Position numbers and translations under genes: made by a program. A model generated the notes under the pieces. It was given only the letters and a program-made list of their open reading frames with translations, searched no databases and was not told the origin of the DNA. Below, one piece after another: positions 52,918 to 54,930 of a DNA stretch of 54,930 bases; within the stretch, counting starts at the first letter, position 1, and each line of letters opens with the position of its first letter. The stretch is from Gemmatimonadota bacterium (GTDB lineage: Bacteria > Gemmatimonadota > Gemmatimonadetes > Gemmatimonadales > Gemmatimonadaceae), in NCBI GenBank assembly GCA_046727995.1, contig JBKPDS010000100.1, forward strand, positions 1-54,930, written 5' to 3'.

Positions 52918-53795
52918 TTGCTTTTTCCGGTTGCGAGTTGGTAGCCGAATCGCGAGAGACTGTCGGCGTTCTTCCGCCAGTTCGCGAGCACCTTCACCCA
53001 AAGATCGAGATAGATTTGAGCGCCGACAAAAGCCTCGATCTTGGCGCGCGCCGCCTCGCCGATGCGGCGGATCTGCGCGCCCTTGCTGCCAATGATGATC
53101 GCTTTCTGGGAGTCTCTCTCCACATAAATTACTGCGCGGATGTAGAGGGGCGAGCGATTCTCCCGATATTCCTCGACCTGCACCGCGACGCTATAGGGCA
53201 CCTCGTCGTGCAGTTGCTCGAGCACCGTCTCCCGCACCATCTCGCCGACGAAGAATCGAACGGGTTGAGTGCTGATGTCCTCTATCGGATAAAGAAAGGG
53301 ACTTTCCGGTAATTCTTTCGCGGCTGCGTTCATCACTTCAATGACGCCCTCGCCGGTGAGCGCGGAGACAAGGTGAACCGACGAGTCGGCAGCGAGTCGT
53401 TGTCGATCTGCGTCACTTAACGAGTCAGATTTGTTGAGGGCAACGACGACGGGCGCTTTGAGATGCTTTTCAAATCCCGCCGCGGTCGCGAGCGGTTCGG
53501 GCATCCCTTCCCTCGCGTCGGCGAGATAGATCACGACATCCGCGTCCTCCAGCGCACGATGCGCGGTCGCGCGCATCGCTTCCTGGAGGCCATACCGCGG
53601 ATTGAGGAGTCCTGGCGTATCGAGGATCACCATCTGCGCATCGTCGGTGGTGTAGATCCCGACCACCCGATCGCGCGTCGACTGTGGCTTTGGGCTGGTG
53701 ATGCTCAGCTTCTCGCCAATGATCCGATTGAGAAGCGTCGACTTGCCGACGTTCGGCTTGCCGACAACGGTTACGATTCCAGCCTTTGGCATCAT
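52914..53795 (-). CDS. era: GTPase Era
   Basis: GKPNVGKSTL, PQSTR, DTPG, NKSD and KH domain (EVPYS, IIIGSKG, LWVKV..NW). Confidence 0.96.
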   Translation of the reverse strand: MMPKAGIVTVVGKPNVGKSTLLNRIIGEKLSITSPKPQSTRDRVVGIYTTDDAQMVILDTPGLLNPRYGLQEAMRATAHRALEDADVVIYLADAREGMPEPLATAAGFEKHLKAPVVVALNKSDSLSDADRQRLAADSSVHLVSALTGEGVIEVMNAAAKELPESPFLYPIEDISTQPVRFFVGEMVRETVLEQLHDEVPYSVAVQVEEYRENRSPLYIRAVIYVERDSQKAIIIGSKGAQIRRIGEAARAKIEAFVGAQIYLDLWVKVLANWRKNADSLSRFGYQLATGKSK

Positions 53796-53839
53796 ACAAG
53801 ATACTGCGGACTCTCACGTGCGGACCAAGTGCAGCGCGG

Positions 53840-53965
53840 ACTGCTGACCAATTGAGGATTGGGAGACCTACTGCGAGTTGATCACCAGCGCAGATCGCGA
53901 GCAGCGGATTAGTCCAACAATCCGCGGTTAGTCTCCCAATTCGTAGTCAGTCATCAGTCAGCAGT
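53840..53965. repeat. Nested inverted-repeat element (possible structured RNA or palindromic element)
   Basis: actgctgac/gtcagcagt, attgggagac/gtctcccaat and gcggatt/aatccgc nested stems. Confidence 0.55.
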
Positions 53966-53996
53966 GCCGTTGGTGCGAAATGCGAAGTCGGCAAAT

Positions 53997-54029
53997 AAAA
54001 AGACCGCCCGATGAAATCGGGCGGTCTTT
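53997..54029 (-). terminator. rRNA operon intrinsic terminator
   Basis: aaaaagaccgcccgat-gaa-atcgggcggtcttt, a perfect stem with a U-tract on the minus strand. Confidence 0.88.
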
Positions 54030-54037
54030 AAATGAGA

Positions 54038-54155
54038 TGCCGGCGACGGCCTACTCTCCCGCGTTCTCTCGAACGGAGTACCATCGGCGCTGTAGGGCTT
54101 AACGGCCGTGTGCGGAATGGGAACGGGTGTGGCCCCTACGCTTCAGTCGCCAGCG
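54038..54155 (-). rRNA. rrf: 5S rRNA
   Basis: Reverse-complement 5S motifs cctactctccc, agtaccatcggcg and ggaatgggaacgggtg; ends approximate. Confidence 0.93.
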
Positions 54156-54180
54156 AAAGTCGGTTGTCAAAAAACGAAAG

Positions 54181-54253
54181 CTGGGGCGGCAGGATTCGAA
54201 CCTGCAACTTCCGGATTAACAGTCCGGCGGTCTGCCAGTTGACCTACACCCCA
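54181..54253 (-). tRNA. tRNA-Asn(GTT) in the 23S-5S spacer, CCA not encoded
   Basis: TGGGGTG-TA-GGTCAACTGGCAGACC-G-CCGGA-CTGTTAA-TCCGG-AAGTT-GCAGGTTCGAATCCTGC-CGCCCCA-G cloverleaf. Confidence 0.94.
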
Positions 54254-54413
54254 GTAGGAACAGGCCGCGGACAACATAACACAGACTTTGGTAACGAAGA
54301 ACCTATGAAATGACTTTGGATAGTAGTGTGATCGTGTGATGCGAATCAACCGTTAGATCGCTTGGTTTTCTGCTAGTCGGTTCCAGTCATAAAGAGGAAA
54401 CTGGAACCATATA

Positions 54414-54930
<517 letters not shown>

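Overview
High-GC bacterial chromosome segment made almost entirely of core housekeeping and envelope genes from a diderm, LPS-producing organism. The combination of an lpxC-fabZ fusion, a PorV-like barrel, bshC and mcsA-mcsB-clpC suggests Gemmatimonadota or another FCB-related lineage (inference). Positions 1-13.5 kb on the + strand hold kdsA-kdsD-lptC-lptA-lptB-rpoN, a five-gene lipid-linked glycosylation cassette and dapF. A 28-bp XerCD dif-like site (13663-13690) lies exactly where gene orientation flips. From 13.8 to 54.9 kb everything is on the - strand: the 3' end of an rRNA operon (23S, tRNA-Asn, 5S), era, a PorV-like gene, a Ca/H antiporter, a GGDEF plus zinc-ribbon pair, frameshifted prfB, lysS, lolE/lolD, mcsA-mcsB-clpC, bamA-skp-lpxD-lpxC/fabZ-lpxA-gnnA-lpxB-DUF374-lpxK, gdh, rlmH, methyltransferase-bshC, murJ, uvrC, DUF512-der-plsY-gpsA, surE-pcm, acyP and tRNA-Arg. 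No mobile element or CRISPR array was seen. The most notable observations are LptB with an unknown ~150-aa N-terminal domain, a tRNA inside the 23S-5S spacer, the dif site near an rRNA operon, the arginine-kinase/ClpC module inside the outer-membrane biogenesis cluster, a candidate N-methyl-bacillithiol gene pair, and a GGDEF/zinc-ribbon module. All calls rest on motif recognition by eye; no database searches were run.
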